The notes beneath the pieces were generated by a model that saw nothing but the letters and a program-made list of their open reading frames with translations, did no database searches and was not told the DNA's origin. A program made the translations under genes and the position numbers. A stretch of DNA of 64,000 bases, from contig JAAWNT010000010.1 of assembly GCA_022799115.1 (NCBI GenBank), positions 20,412-84,411 of the forward strand. The letters run 5' to 3'. Positions 39,346 to 48,987 of the stretch are shown here, piece after piece (position 1 is the stretch's first letter; every line of letters begins with the position of its first letter). Source of the DNA: Clostridiales bacterium. Lineage in GTDB: Bacteria; Bacillota; Clostridia; Oscillospirales; Acutalibacteraceae.

Positions 39346-40068
39346 GTGCTTGCAATCGGACGGTATCACACCATTCTTTTGGACGCTGACGATACCTTAT
39401 TTGATTTTCATCGGGCGGAATTTCATGCGCTTCAAGCTGTTTTAGAAAATCATCAGCTTAGCTATACCCAAGAGGATATTTCTTTTTATCGGCAGGTTAA
39501 CGAAGCGTTATGGAGACAGTTGGAACAGGGGATTCTCTCTCGCAAGCAACTGCAAGACACTCGTTTTTCCCCTTTGCTGGCTCGGCTGGGTTCAAAGTTA
39601 AACCCAGCCGCGTTTAACCAGGAATATCTTGACGCCTTAGGTGAAGCTGCTTTTTTAACCCCGAAAGCGTTATCTGTCTGCCGTACGCTTTCCGGCCTGA
39701 CTACCCTAGCCATTGTCACCAACGGAATTACAAAAGTACAGCGCAAACGGCTGGCGCTGTCCCCGCTGGCTCCGTATATCACCCACTGTTTTGTTTCCGA
39801 AGAAATCGGGGTTGCAAAACCCAGTAAGGAATTTTTCCATTTCGTTTTCCAAAAGTTGAAAATCCAGGATTTACAAGGCGTAATGATCGTGGGAGATTCC
39901 CTTACTTCTGATATACAGGGCGGGATCAATGCCGGTATTGCCACATGTTGGTACTGCCCGACCGGAGGCGCTTCTCCTCTTCCCTGTGACTATCAGATAT
40001 CTTCCCTACGTCAGCTGTTGTCCATTGTGAATCCCCAGGATCAGCCGGAGCGGAAGCCGAATCAGTAA
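39346..40068 (+). CDS. HAD-IA family hydrolase (YjjG-like nucleotidase)
   Basis: HAD motif I LLDADDTLFDF, motif II VTNG, motif III K...GDS...D. Start codon uncertain (GTG at 39346, or upstream in the ORF-track frame starting at 39262). Confidence 0.65.
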   Translation: MLAIGRYHTILLDADDTLFDFHRAEFHALQAVLENHQLSYTQEDISFYRQVNEALWRQLEQGILSRKQLQDTRFSPLLARLGSKLNPAAFNQEYLDALGEAAFLTPKALSVCRTLSGLTTLAIVTNGITKVQRKRLALSPLAPYITHCFVSEEIGVAKPSKEFFHFVFQKLKIQDLQGVMIVGDSLTSDIQGGINAGIATCWYCPTGGASPLPCDYQISSLRQLLSIVNPQDQPERKPNQ

Positions 40069-40115
40069 GAAAACCTGGAGTAGTAAAAATACTACTCCAG
40101 GTTTTTTATTTTTTC
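40067..40115. terminator. bidirectional rho-independent terminator (HAD gene / dtxR-like gene)
   Basis: AAGAAAACCTGGAGTAGTAaaaaTACTACTCCAGGTTTTTTATTTTTT: perfect 14-bp stem flanked by A- and T-runs. Confidence 0.75.
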
Positions 40116-40556
40116 CAACACCTTTGGTTCCGACTGTAAAATTCCCAACAACCGTTCAATACTACGCACCGTTTCCTGACCTAAAATATGTTCCACCAGT
40201 TCTACCTCTTCAAAATTCTCCTGGTTCATGGAAGATAGCAGCGAGAAAAAACGGTTGATAACATTATGCCTCCACAGCAGGTATTTCCCCATCTCCTGTC
40301 CCCGTTTTGTCAGCTTGATGACCCCATATTTTTCATAATCGATATATCCTTGTTCCGCCAGTTTCATAATCATCTTTGAAACCGAAGAAGGTTTTACATT
40401 CAACTCCTGCGCTAACATATTGACCCGTACATAACCGGCGCTCAGAATATTCCGGTAAATCATTTCCAAATAATCCTCCAGAGAGGGCGTAAGTCCGTTT
40501 CTTTGCTGATCCATTAACTGATATCCCCGTACGGTATAAAACTTATTCTCTTCCAC
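40092..40556 (-). CDS. DtxR/MntR-family metal-dependent transcriptional repressor
   Basis: N-terminal winged HTH (LEDYLEMIYRN...VRVNMLAQELNVKPSSVSKMIMKLAEQGYI) plus metal-binding/dimerisation domain; 154 aa; divergent from feoAB. Confidence 0.8.
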   Translation of the reverse strand: MEENKFYTVRGYQLMDQQRNGLTPSLEDYLEMIYRNILSAGYVRVNMLAQELNVKPSSVSKMIMKLAEQGYIDYEKYGVIKLTKRGQEMGKYLLWRHNVINRFFSLLSSMNQENFEEVELVEHILGQETVRSIERLLGILQSEPKVLEKIKNLE

Positions 40557-40745
40557 GCAGTTGGCCTCCTTCTCCTAGTCCGGCGATTCCATAGCATGAG
40601 ATTGATACCCCATCCCCTATCCATTCACTATATGCTGCACCAGTCTGGATTATTTGGCATATTGTATTAGCACAGGGAAACATTTTTGCCCCCGAACATC
40701 TCTCGGGGGCCCTCAATTCAATAATAAGACAGGGGTTATATAGAT

Positions 40746-40982
40746 ATGATGGAACATACCTTTTCACTCAATAGCTTACCAATCGGACAAAAGGGCAAGG
40801 TTATTTCACTGGCGTCCAATGGAAAAGAGCGCCGTCGCATGCTGGACTTAGGGTTAGTCCAGGGAACAACTGTAGAAGCTCTACAGAAAAGTCCGTCCGG
40901 AGATCCAATCGCTTATTTTATTCGTGGAGCGGTAATCGCCCTGCGGGATGAGGATGCAAAGAAGGTTATGATTGAATGCTAA
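40746..40982 (+). CDS. feoA: ferrous iron transport protein A
   Basis: 78 aa SH3-like FeoA (LNSLPIGQKGKVISL...LGLVQGTTVEAL). Confidence 0.85.
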   Translation: MMEHTFSLNSLPIGQKGKVISLASNGKERRRMLDLGLVQGTTVEALQKSPSGDPIAYFIRGAVIALRDEDAKKVMIEC

Positions 40983-41187
40983 AGGACGCAACAAGAATGG
41001 TTCTAAGGCTAGCTCTGATACTCAGCCTTAGAAAAAGCGAATAAGCAGGACTGTAACACGCCCAACACCTATCCTACTGCACATGTTAAGAACAAACCGA
41101 CTCTCAGCTTCTGCAATTTTTCCATTGTGGATCAGGGGGATGTGAGCCATTCCCCTGATCCGATTGATTAATACGGAGGAATCGAAT

Positions 41188-43338
41188 ATGGGCTTAACTC
41201 ATCAATCGACCGGATCGTCCGTTAATTCCGGAGAGCTGACCATTGTGCGTACCACTCCAGAAGACCGGGTTATCGCGTTGGCTGGAAATCCCAATGTTGG
41301 AAAAAGCACAGTATTCAACGGGCTGACGGGAATGAACCAGCACACCGGGAATTGGCCTGGCAAGACGGTAACCAATGCACAAGGAAAATATGTACACAAC
41401 GGAAAAAACTTTATACTGGTGGATATTCCGGGAACCTACTCTCTGCTTGCCAGTTCTGTGGAAGAAGAGGTCGCCCGCGATTTTGTCTGTTTTGGCGCTC
41501 CTGATGCAGTGGTGGTGGTTGCCGACGCCACCTGTTTGGAGCGAAATCTCAATCTGGTTTTACAAATCCTTGAAGTCACTCAACAGGTGATCGTATGCGT
41601 TAATCTGTTGGACGAAGCGAAGAAAAAGCATATAGACATTGACTTAGACGAACTTTCTTTACAGCTTGGGGTCCCTGTTGTGGGAACAAGCGCACGCGCC
41701 GGGAAAGGGTTGGATCTTCTAATGGACGCTGTGGAGGCGGTTTCCTTCGGCCATCCAAAGACCGCCCAAATCTCTACTCCCTATCCACAAGACATCGAGG
41801 ACGCCATATCCATCTTACAGCCAGCCATTGAGAGTAAGCTGACCAAGTCCATTGATCCTCGGTGGGTCAGTCTGAAACTGCTGGATTGGGACGACACGCT
41901 ATACGGTTCGCTCGCTACATACCTGGATACCGACCTGATGAAGGACGGCGAGGTAGCGGAACAATACCGAAAGGCCAAAGAGTTTTTACGCCTGCGTTCA
42001 TGGAGCGACGAGTCTATCCGAGATCACGTGGTGTCCAGTCTGGTATCCAAAAGCGAATCAATCTATCATAAGTGCGTCCGATTAAAGGATAAGGCTTATA
42101 ATAGCCGCGATCGGAAACTAGATAAGCTGCTTACTTCCAAAGCTACCGGCATCCCCATCATGATTCTTCTGCTTGGACTCATCTTTTGGCTGACCATTGT
42201 CGGGGCTAACTATCCCTCTGAGCTTTTGTCTAATCTATTTTTTGGATTACAGGACCAACTACTTCTCTTTTTCCAGTGGGTTCATGCTCCTGAGTGGCTC
42301 ACCAACATGTTGGTGATGGGGGTCTATCGAACGCTTGCCTGGGTAGTCTCGGTGATGTTGCCGCCTATGGCAATCTTTTTTCCGCTGTTCACCCTGTTGG
42401 AGGACTCGGGATATCTTCCCCGAGTGGCCTTTAACATGGATAAATTCTTTAAAAAGGCCAACGCTCATGGCAAGCAATCTCTTACTATGTGTATGGGCTT
42501 TGGCTGCAACGCCTGCGGCGTGATCGGCTGTCGAATTATTGATTCTCCCAGAGAACGCTTGATCGCTATTGTAACCAATAACTTCGTTCCCTGCAATGGA
42601 CGGTTTCCCATCCTGATCTCTATTATTACCATGTTTTTTGCCGGGGTAGCCGCTCTGCCTCTACAGTCCGCCCTATCCACCTTGATGCTGACCGGGATCA
42701 TCGTATTAGGGGTGTGTATGACACTGTTCACATCAAAGATTTTATCCAAAACGGTCCTGAAGGGGGTTCCCTCTTCATTTGCACTGGAACTTCCCCCTTA
42801 CCGCCGGCCCCAAATCGGCAAGGTGATTCTACGATCCATTTTTGACCGCACTCTGTTTGTGTTGGGCCGGGCTGCTGCGGTAGCCGCTCCCGCTGGTTTG
42901 GTCATTTGGATTCTCTCCAACATTACTGTGGGAAACGCCAGTCTGCTCTCTTATTGCACCAGCTTCTTGGATCCTTTTGCCCGCACCCTCGGGATGGATG
43001 GGGTCATCCTGATGGCCTTTATTCTCGGCTTTCCTGCCAATGAGATCGTTATGCCCATCATCATCATGAGTTATCTGTGTTCCGGCAGCATTATGGATTT
43101 TGACAGCTTGGAGCAGCTGCGCCTTTTGCTGGTGAATAACGGCTGGACCTGGCTGACCGCCGTTTGCACCATGCTGTTTTCTCTCATGCACTTTCCCTGC
43201 GGAACCACCTGCTGGACCATTTTTAAGGAAACCAAAAGCGTCAAATGGACTGCGCTTGCATTTGCTCTTCCCACCATTTCAGGCATCGCGATTTGCTTTG
43301 TCATCGCGTCTCTTGCGCGATTATGCGGCCTTGTTTAG
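41188..43338 (+). CDS. feoB: ferrous iron transport protein B
   Basis: N-terminal G-domain (GNPNVGKSTVFN, DIPG) and polytopic membrane domain, about 717 aa. Start set at MGLTHQ with SD GGAGGA + 7 nt. Confidence 0.92.
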   Translation: MGLTHQSTGSSVNSGELTIVRTTPEDRVIALAGNPNVGKSTVFNGLTGMNQHTGNWPGKTVTNAQGKYVHNGKNFILVDIPGTYSLLASSVEEEVARDFVCFGAPDAVVVVADATCLERNLNLVLQILEVTQQVIVCVNLLDEAKKKHIDIDLDELSLQLGVPVVGTSARAGKGLDLLMDAVEAVSFGHPKTAQISTPYPQDIEDAISILQPAIESKLTKSIDPRWVSLKLLDWDDTLYGSLATYLDTDLMKDGEVAEQYRKAKEFLRLRSWSDESIRDHVVSSLVSKSESIYHKCVRLKDKAYNSRDRKLDKLLTSKATGIPIMILLLGLIFWLTIVGANYPSELLSNLFFGLQDQLLLFFQWVHAPEWLTNMLVMGVYRTLAWVVSVMLPPMAIFFPLFTLLEDSGYLPRVAFNMDKFFKKANAHGKQSLTMCMGFGCNACGVIGCRIIDSPRERLIAIVTNNFVPCNGRFPILISIITMFFAGVAALPLQSALSTLMLTGIIVLGVCMTLFTSKILSKTVLKGVPSSFALELPPYRRPQIGKVILRSIFDRTLFVLGRAAAVAAPAGLVIWILSNITVGNASLLSYCTSFLDPFARTLGMDGVILMAFILGFPANEIVMPIIIMSYLCSGSIMDFDSLEQLRLLLVNNGWTWLTAVCTMLFSLMHFPCGTTCWTIFKETKSVKWTALAFALPTISGIAICFVIASLARLCGLV

Positions 43339-43516
43339 GTGACGCTTTGTTTAGATTCCCGCAATCTTTTGGATAGAATTGCTTCACATCTTGATAAGGA
43401 TTTCAAGCGTTTTACGCGAAGAAATAAATTGGGATTGCGCGTAAGTATTTCTGCCTGTGATCCCAGCATTTTTAAACTCCCGTCGCTGATTTTTCTGATA
43501 TCGGAAAAATGGAGAA

Positions 43517-43562
43517 AAGGCAATTTCCTCTATACAGAGGCGAATTGCCTTTCTTCCTTTTG
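43517..43562. terminator. strong palindromic hairpin / likely terminator downstream of feoB
   Basis: AAGGCAATTtCCTCTatacaGAGGcgAATTGCCTT nested perfect inverted repeat, flanked upstream by GGAAAAATGGAGAAA and downstream by TTCTTCCTTTTGG; symmetric, so it could act on either strand. Confidence 0.55.
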
Positions 43563-43986
43563 GTATAAACAGCGGCAGTAAATGAACCATTGAACGGGCC
43601 GTATCATTGTGTGTTTCCGTAACCGTAGCTTCCATTAGAGGAGATTCGCCTGACATTCTTGAAAAGCTTTCTATTGACAACAAGCACATCGCTACTCTCA
43701 CAAAACGTAAGAGCCCCGCAGAGAATACGGACTTATCAATCCTGTTCCTTTGGGCGCAAACAGGAACAAGCAACAACGAGCTTCTATCATTCGCTTTGGC
43801 AGCGCTTCCAAGGAAGTCATCCGGTTTCGTCCCTGGAGCCGAATGGAATCGCGTTCTAGCCCTTTAGACGCATGGACTCCGTTGGGTGAACCAGCGCTTT
43901 TCTGTCCCAGAAAGCATCCACGCGCGGCTTTTTTTTAAAACTTCTTTCGTTCCGCCCGCTTGCTGATCCGGCGGGAATGGCTGCTT

Positions 43987-44034
43987 TCACACAAAAAGAG
44001 GCCCCGCCCGGCGTTTGACTCGCCAGAGGGGGCC
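43987..44034 (-). terminator. rho-independent terminator after adhE
   Basis: Minus-strand GC-rich hairpin AGGCCCCCTCTGGCG...CGCCGGGCGGGGCCT followed by CTTTTTGTGTG. Confidence 0.6.
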
Positions 44035-44051
44035 TTCTATTTGATTCGCAA

Positions 44052-46685
44052 TTATTTGCCGTAGTAGGCTTTCAGATACATTTCCTTAATCTCGCTCATC
44101 AGCGGATATCTGGGGTTAGCGCCGGTGCACTGGTCGTCGAAGGCCTTCTCCACCATGTCGTCCAAGGTCTCCAGGAAGTATTTCTCATCAATTCCATACT
44201 CCTGAATGTTCTTCTTAACGCCGACCTTTGTCTTGAGCTCTTCGATGGCTGTGAGGAGGTTTTCAAACTTCTCTTCCTTGGTCTTGCCCTTAACGCCCAG
44301 GAACTCCGCACACTCTACATAACGCTCCAACGTATGGGGATACTGGTACTGCGGGAAGGTGCCCATCTTTCTCGGGGTGGGATCGGCATTAAAGCGCATA
44401 ACATGAGTAATCAGCAGCGCATTAGCGACACCATGGGGCAGGTGATGGAAAGCGCCCAGCTTATGAGCCATGGAGTGGCAGACACCCAGGAACGCGTTGG
44501 CAAACGCCATACCAGCCATGGTGGACGCCTCGGCCATCTTCTCTCTGGCGATCGGATCATTGGCGCCGTTTTCATAGGCGCTGGGCAGATAGGCAAAGAT
44601 AGACTTCATCGCCTGGAGGGCCAAGCCGTCGGTATAACCGGTGGCCAGCATGGAAGCATAAGCTTCCAGCGCATGGGTCAGAGCGTCAATACCGGAAGCG
44701 GAGGTCAGGCCCTTGGGAGCGTTCATCATCAGATCCGCGTCAATTATGGCCATCTTGGGCAGCAGCTCGTAGTCGGCCAGCGGGTACTTCACATTGGTGG
44801 TTTCGTCGGTAATAACCGCGAAAGGAGTTACCTCGGAACCGGTACCGGCAGAGGTGGGAATGGCAATGAAATAAGCCTTGTCACCCATATGGGGGAAGGT
44901 GTAAATTCTCTTGCGGATATCCATAAATCTCATAGCCAGATCCATGAAGTCCACTTCCGGATGCTCATAAAGCACCCACATGATCTTACCGGCGTCCATT
45001 GCGGAACCGCCTCCGATGGCAATGATGCAATCGGGCTCAAAGGCTCTCATAGCGGCGGCGCCTTCTTTTGCGCAGGCCAAGGTGGGATCCGGGGCTACAT
45101 CGAAGAAGGTGGTGTGCACAATGCCCATCTCATCCAGTTTGTCGGTGATGGTCTTGGTATATCCATTTTTGTACAGGAAGGAGTCGGTCACAATGAAGGC
45201 CTTCTTCTTACCCATCACGTTTTTCAGCTCATCCAGGGCAACCGGCAGGCAACCCTTTTTGAAGTAAACCTTTTCAGGCGCTCTAAACCACAGCATGTTC
45301 TCTCTCCTCTCAGCGACCGTCTTGATGTTCAGCAGGTGCTTGACGCCAACGTTCTCAGAGACGGAGTTGCCGCCCCAGGAACCGCAGCCCAAGGTAAGAG
45401 AAGGATTAAGCTGGAAGTTGTAAAGATCACCGATACCGCCGTGAGAGGAGGGGGTGTTGACCAAAATGCGGCAGGTCTTCATCGCTGCGGCAAATTTGTC
45501 GATCTTCTCCTTCTGGGTCACAGGATCCACATACAGGGAAGAGGTATGTCCGTAACCGCCGTCGGCAACCAGGCGCTCCGCCTTGGCAACCGCGTCGTCA
45601 AAGTTCTTTGCACGGTACATGGCCAGAACCGGGGAAAGCTTCTCATGAGCGAATTCCTCTTCAAGCTCCACGCTCTCCACTTGGCCGATCAGGATTTTGG
45701 CATCCTCAGGGGTTTTTACGCCGGCCAGATTAGCGATGGTGTGAGCCGACTGTCCCACAATCTTGGCGTTTAACGCACCGTTAATCAAAATGGTTTTTCT
45801 GACCTTCTCAGTTTCCTCCGGATTGAGCAGATAGCATCCTCTATCGGCAAATTCCTTCTTAGCCTGCTCATATACGCTGTCCACAATGATGACGGACTGC
45901 TCAGAAGCACAGATCATACCGTTGTCAAAAGTCTTGGAATGAATGATGGAGTTTACCGCCATCTTGACATCGGCGGTGTCGTCAATGATTGCGGGAGTAT
46001 TGCCGGCGCCTACGCCAACGGCGGGCTTACCGGAAGAATAAGCGGCCTTTACCATGCCGGGACCACCGGTGGCCAAGATGATATCGGCGCTTCTCATCAC
46101 CTCATTGGTGAGATCCAGAGAGGGAACATCGATCCATGCAATGATGTTTTTGGGAGCGCCGGCCTTTACCGCCGCTTCCAACACAACCTTGGCGGCCTCA
46201 ATGGTGCACTTTTTGGCGCGGGGGTGGGGGCTGATCACAATACCATTTCTGGTTTTCAAAGAGATCAGGGTTTTGAAAATGGCGGTGGAAGTGGGGTTGG
46301 TGGTAGGAATCACCGCAGCCACCACGCCGATGGGCTCGGCGATTTTCTGGATGCCCGCAGAGGGGTCGCTTTCCAGCACGCCGCAGGTTTTTGTATCTTT
46401 ATATTTATTGTAAATGTACTCGGAAGCATAGTGGTTCTTAATAACCTTGTCTTCCACAACGCCCATACCGGTTTCCGCAACGGCCATTTTCGCCAGCGGA
46501 ATTCTCTGCTGATTGGCAGCCACAGCGGCGGCAAAGAAGATCTTGTCTACTTGCTCTTGGGTATAGGTAGAGAAAATCCGTTGGGCTTCTCTTACCTCTT
46601 CCATCTTGGCAATCAGCGCGTCCACGCTGTCGACAAGACCGGTATTTACGGTTGCCTCTTGCGTACCTAGCTCTTTTTTATCCAT
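44052..46685 (-). CDS. adhE: bifunctional acetaldehyde-CoA / alcohol dehydrogenase AdhE
   Basis: About 877 aa. N-terminal aldehyde dehydrogenase domain and C-terminal iron-containing alcohol dehydrogenase domain (GGGSAMDAGK). Start at ATG 46685 with SD GGAGGT; the ORF-track start at 46700 is a TTG. Confidence 0.93.
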   Translation of the reverse strand: MDKKELGTQEATVNTGLVDSVDALIAKMEEVREAQRIFSTYTQEQVDKIFFAAAVAANQQRIPLAKMAVAETGMGVVEDKVIKNHYASEYIYNKYKDTKTCGVLESDPSAGIQKIAEPIGVVAAVIPTTNPTSTAIFKTLISLKTRNGIVISPHPRAKKCTIEAAKVVLEAAVKAGAPKNIIAWIDVPSLDLTNEVMRSADIILATGGPGMVKAAYSSGKPAVGVGAGNTPAIIDDTADVKMAVNSIIHSKTFDNGMICASEQSVIIVDSVYEQAKKEFADRGCYLLNPEETEKVRKTILINGALNAKIVGQSAHTIANLAGVKTPEDAKILIGQVESVELEEEFAHEKLSPVLAMYRAKNFDDAVAKAERLVADGGYGHTSSLYVDPVTQKEKIDKFAAAMKTCRILVNTPSSHGGIGDLYNFQLNPSLTLGCGSWGGNSVSENVGVKHLLNIKTVAERRENMLWFRAPEKVYFKKGCLPVALDELKNVMGKKKAFIVTDSFLYKNGYTKTITDKLDEMGIVHTTFFDVAPDPTLACAKEGAAAMRAFEPDCIIAIGGGSAMDAGKIMWVLYEHPEVDFMDLAMRFMDIRKRIYTFPHMGDKAYFIAIPTSAGTGSEVTPFAVITDETTNVKYPLADYELLPKMAIIDADLMMNAPKGLTSASGIDALTHALEAYASMLATGYTDGLALQAMKSIFAYLPSAYENGANDPIAREKMAEASTMAGMAFANAFLGVCHSMAHKLGAFHHLPHGVANALLITHVMRFNADPTPRKMGTFPQYQYPHTLERYVECAEFLGVKGKTKEEKFENLLTAIEELKTKVGVKKNIQEYGIDEKYFLETLDDMVEKAFDDQCTGANPRYPLMSEIKEMYLKAYYGK

Positions 46686-46743
46686 TCTCAAAACCTCCAA
46701 TATTTTAATGGAACACTTTGTTTGGCTGTTTGACTGGTTTTAG

Positions 46744-46761
46744 TTGTTATTTTTTTAACAA
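46744..46761 (-). promoter_or_regulatory. Rex (redox-sensing repressor) operator candidate in adhE promoter
   Basis: TTGTTATTTTTTTAACAA matches the clostridial Rex consensus TTGTTAANNNNTTAACAA with one mismatch; it lies immediately downstream of the -10. Confidence 0.6.
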
Positions 46762-46765
46762 CTAG

Positions 46766-46794
46766 ATTATACCAAGATCCACAGATCCTGTCAA
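46766..46794 (-). promoter_or_regulatory. adhE promoter
   Basis: Minus strand TTGACA, 17 nt spacer, TATAAT (perfect consensus hexamers). Confidence 0.65.
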
Positions 46795-47141
46795 CCCCGG
46801 TTATTCGCCAACATTCCCTATAGAAACTTCCCTTTTTGTATATACTTTTTCTAAATGGGACAACCGTCCTTCCGATTCCGCCAAATCCCCTCCATTTTTC
46901 TCTCCGTTTACGGAATTCGCGCGTTACATAAAAAGGACGAAGCAAATTCTTTTCTTTGTTCTGCCCATATCCAAGGAGATTCTCTTTGAAAACGGTTTGC
47001 AGATCACCCAGTAAAATTAAGAAAACAGGTCTGTTTGGATTCTTTCAAATACTGTAGAACTAAGAATTCGCTTCGCCCTATGCACATCCATGGGACGGCT
47101 ATTTTGCAGGATAAACGTCTTAGGAAACGAGCGGTTTAGGT

Positions 47142-47888
47142 TTATTCGTAAGCCACCACGTCGATCCACTTCATCAGCAGCTCTTTTTCCTCCGGCTTGT
47201 GCTCAGTGAGACGGGCGGCAGCTACGATGGGCAGCCACTCCTGCACATACTTTTTCGAGGTATTGGTCTTCTCGCAGAATAGATTGAGATATCTCTCCGC
47301 CATTTCGGGAGACTGGAGGGAAAGCAGCAGATAGGTTTTGCCCACATCGGCGCTGGCGTTGCCCTGTCTGGCGGCTACCCAGTCCACAATATAGGTTCCC
47401 TTATCGTTGATGATGATATTTTCCGGCACGAAATTGCCATGGCAGAGCTTGTTGTGCTTGGGCATACTGTCCAAACGGGTGAGCAGCTCGTACTTTTTCA
47501 CATCGTCAATGCAGGTGAGTTCGTTGATCTGGCGGGCCAGTTTATCCTTGAGCTTGCTGAGCTTGGGTACCACTTTGGAGTGAACCTCCAGTTGAATATC
47601 CACCATTTGATTCAGGTACTGATCCATATTTTCGGGATCTTCCTTCATCTTGTCAGCCAGGGTTTCTCCTTCAATCAGATCCATATGTATGGCCCAGCGA
47701 CCGTCGATGACGGAAACCTCGTGAATTTTAGGAATATTAAGGCCGGTATCCTCCACTCTCGCATGGGTCAGAGACTCATACAGGGGATTGGTTTTGCGGC
47801 TGCCCTCTTTAAACAATTTGATGGCAATATCTCCCTCACGATAAACATCAACGGTTTCACTGGAAGAAATGAGATTTTTTAATTCCAT
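47142..47888 (-). CDS. phosphotransferase-family (APH/choline-kinase-like) small-molecule kinase
   Basis: Brenner motif HGNFVPENIII and IVDW (DFG-like); 248 aa. Confidence 0.6.
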   Translation of the reverse strand: MELKNLISSSETVDVYREGDIAIKLFKEGSRKTNPLYESLTHARVEDTGLNIPKIHEVSVIDGRWAIHMDLIEGETLADKMKEDPENMDQYLNQMVDIQLEVHSKVVPKLSKLKDKLARQINELTCIDDVKKYELLTRLDSMPKHNKLCHGNFVPENIIINDKGTYIVDWVAARQGNASADVGKTYLLLSLQSPEMAERYLNLFCEKTNTSKKYVQEWLPIVAAARLTEHKPEEKELLMKWIDVVAYE

Positions 47889-48402
47889 AAAACTATACTC
47901 CTTTCAGAAATCGCCGCCTATCAGCAACAATTCCTTCTTGTTAAATTGTAACGGGGAATGTCTATATATATTATACAACTCTCCCGCTGTATGTAAATAC
48001 CTTTTTATTTGATTTTCATTTTTTTTATAATTAGTACAAAGATATCGGTTGCCGCGTTTGCTCTCTCATTCCTCCGCAAAACCTTTCTTAATTATTTCTA
48101 TGGAAATAAACCAAAAATTTTCCGATTATTCCGGCATTGCAGCAAACAGCATACGCAGATAGAAACAAATCTCTTTTTTCCACGGAAACAGAACCATAAA
48201 AGCGTTTGAACCAGATCAATCTCATCCCATTTCTGTAGAACCAGTCCAGCCGTCGCTTCATATATTGGTTTTATGAGCGGTTTTTTGCATCCCATCCTAA
48301 AATGCTGGGAAGCTCCCTCCCATTGAGGTCCTGAAAACTTTTCTTGGGGCTTTCCTTTCTGAATAAACCGACTTTTTGAATTCCTTAATTGCATAGAAAG
48401 AG

Positions 48403-48867
48403 GTGACGGTTTTGAACAACTGCAATCGAAACAATCTTCCGGACGAGGTGCAGTCTCAACTGGCTGTAATCGATCAGTCCCAATGGTACATTCTGATTAT
48501 CCTGGCCGCCATTGTATTATCTTATTATTCCGTCAATCTGCAAAAAAAGCAGCTGATCTGTTCGGCAACCGATCCCGAAATCAGCAAATGCCTGCCCAGC
48601 ACTTTGCCGATTCAGGCGGTTTCCAGCATCATGGTTATTGTAGCGTTGATCTTTTTCTTCCATTTATCTGGGGAAACCCTCTGCAATACCCCCTGCAACA
48701 CCAAGGAACGCTGCCGCAGCGGCCTAAACCACCTTTCCAGCACCCTGGTGTTGGTGGCCGCTTTGGTGCGCTTTGGGCTGCTCACCACGGCTCCGGCGCA
48801 GAATTCTCAGGCAAACGTCATACAAAATGAAACCCAATTGGATATCGACGTGGAGCCCGCAGTGTAA
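48403..48867 (+). CDS. hypothetical membrane protein with Cys-rich loop
   Basis: Two or three hydrophobic segments and CNTPCNTKERC. Start uncertain (GTG/TTG after SD AGAGGTG). No recognisable family. Confidence 0.35.
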   Translation: MTVLNNCNRNNLPDEVQSQLAVIDQSQWYILIILAAIVLSYYSVNLQKKQLICSATDPEISKCLPSTLPIQAVSSIMVIVALIFFFHLSGETLCNTPCNTKERCRSGLNHLSSTLVLVAALVRFGLLTTAPAQNSQANVIQNETQLDIDVEPAV

Positions 48868-48987
48868 CTCCGCCTGTTCATTCCGATAAAATGCAAGCGG
48901 AAGCCGGGGACAGAATCCCCGCAAACGATTTCACGGGCGGCGGCAATGTTCACAAATTGCCGCCGCCCCTGTTTGCTTTGCTGGATG

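Noticed and set aside
43339-43581. 80-aa ORF starting at the feoB stop, considered as a possible FeoC-like small protein
   Set aside because: It initiates at GTG without an SD, has no winged-helix/Cys motif pattern of FeoC, and the strong palindromic terminator hairpin (43517-43551) lies inside it. It may still be worth checking by ribosome profiling.
44334-46670. Two long plus-strand ORFs (479 aa and 243 aa)
   Set aside because: Both lie entirely inside adhE on the opposite strand. They are Gly/His/Arg-rich antisense artefacts.
48098-48394. 98-aa minus-strand ORF in the AT-rich spacer between the APH kinase and the membrane protein gene
   Set aside because: No RBS, K/R/C-rich low-complexity translation, and it lies in a probable promoter region.
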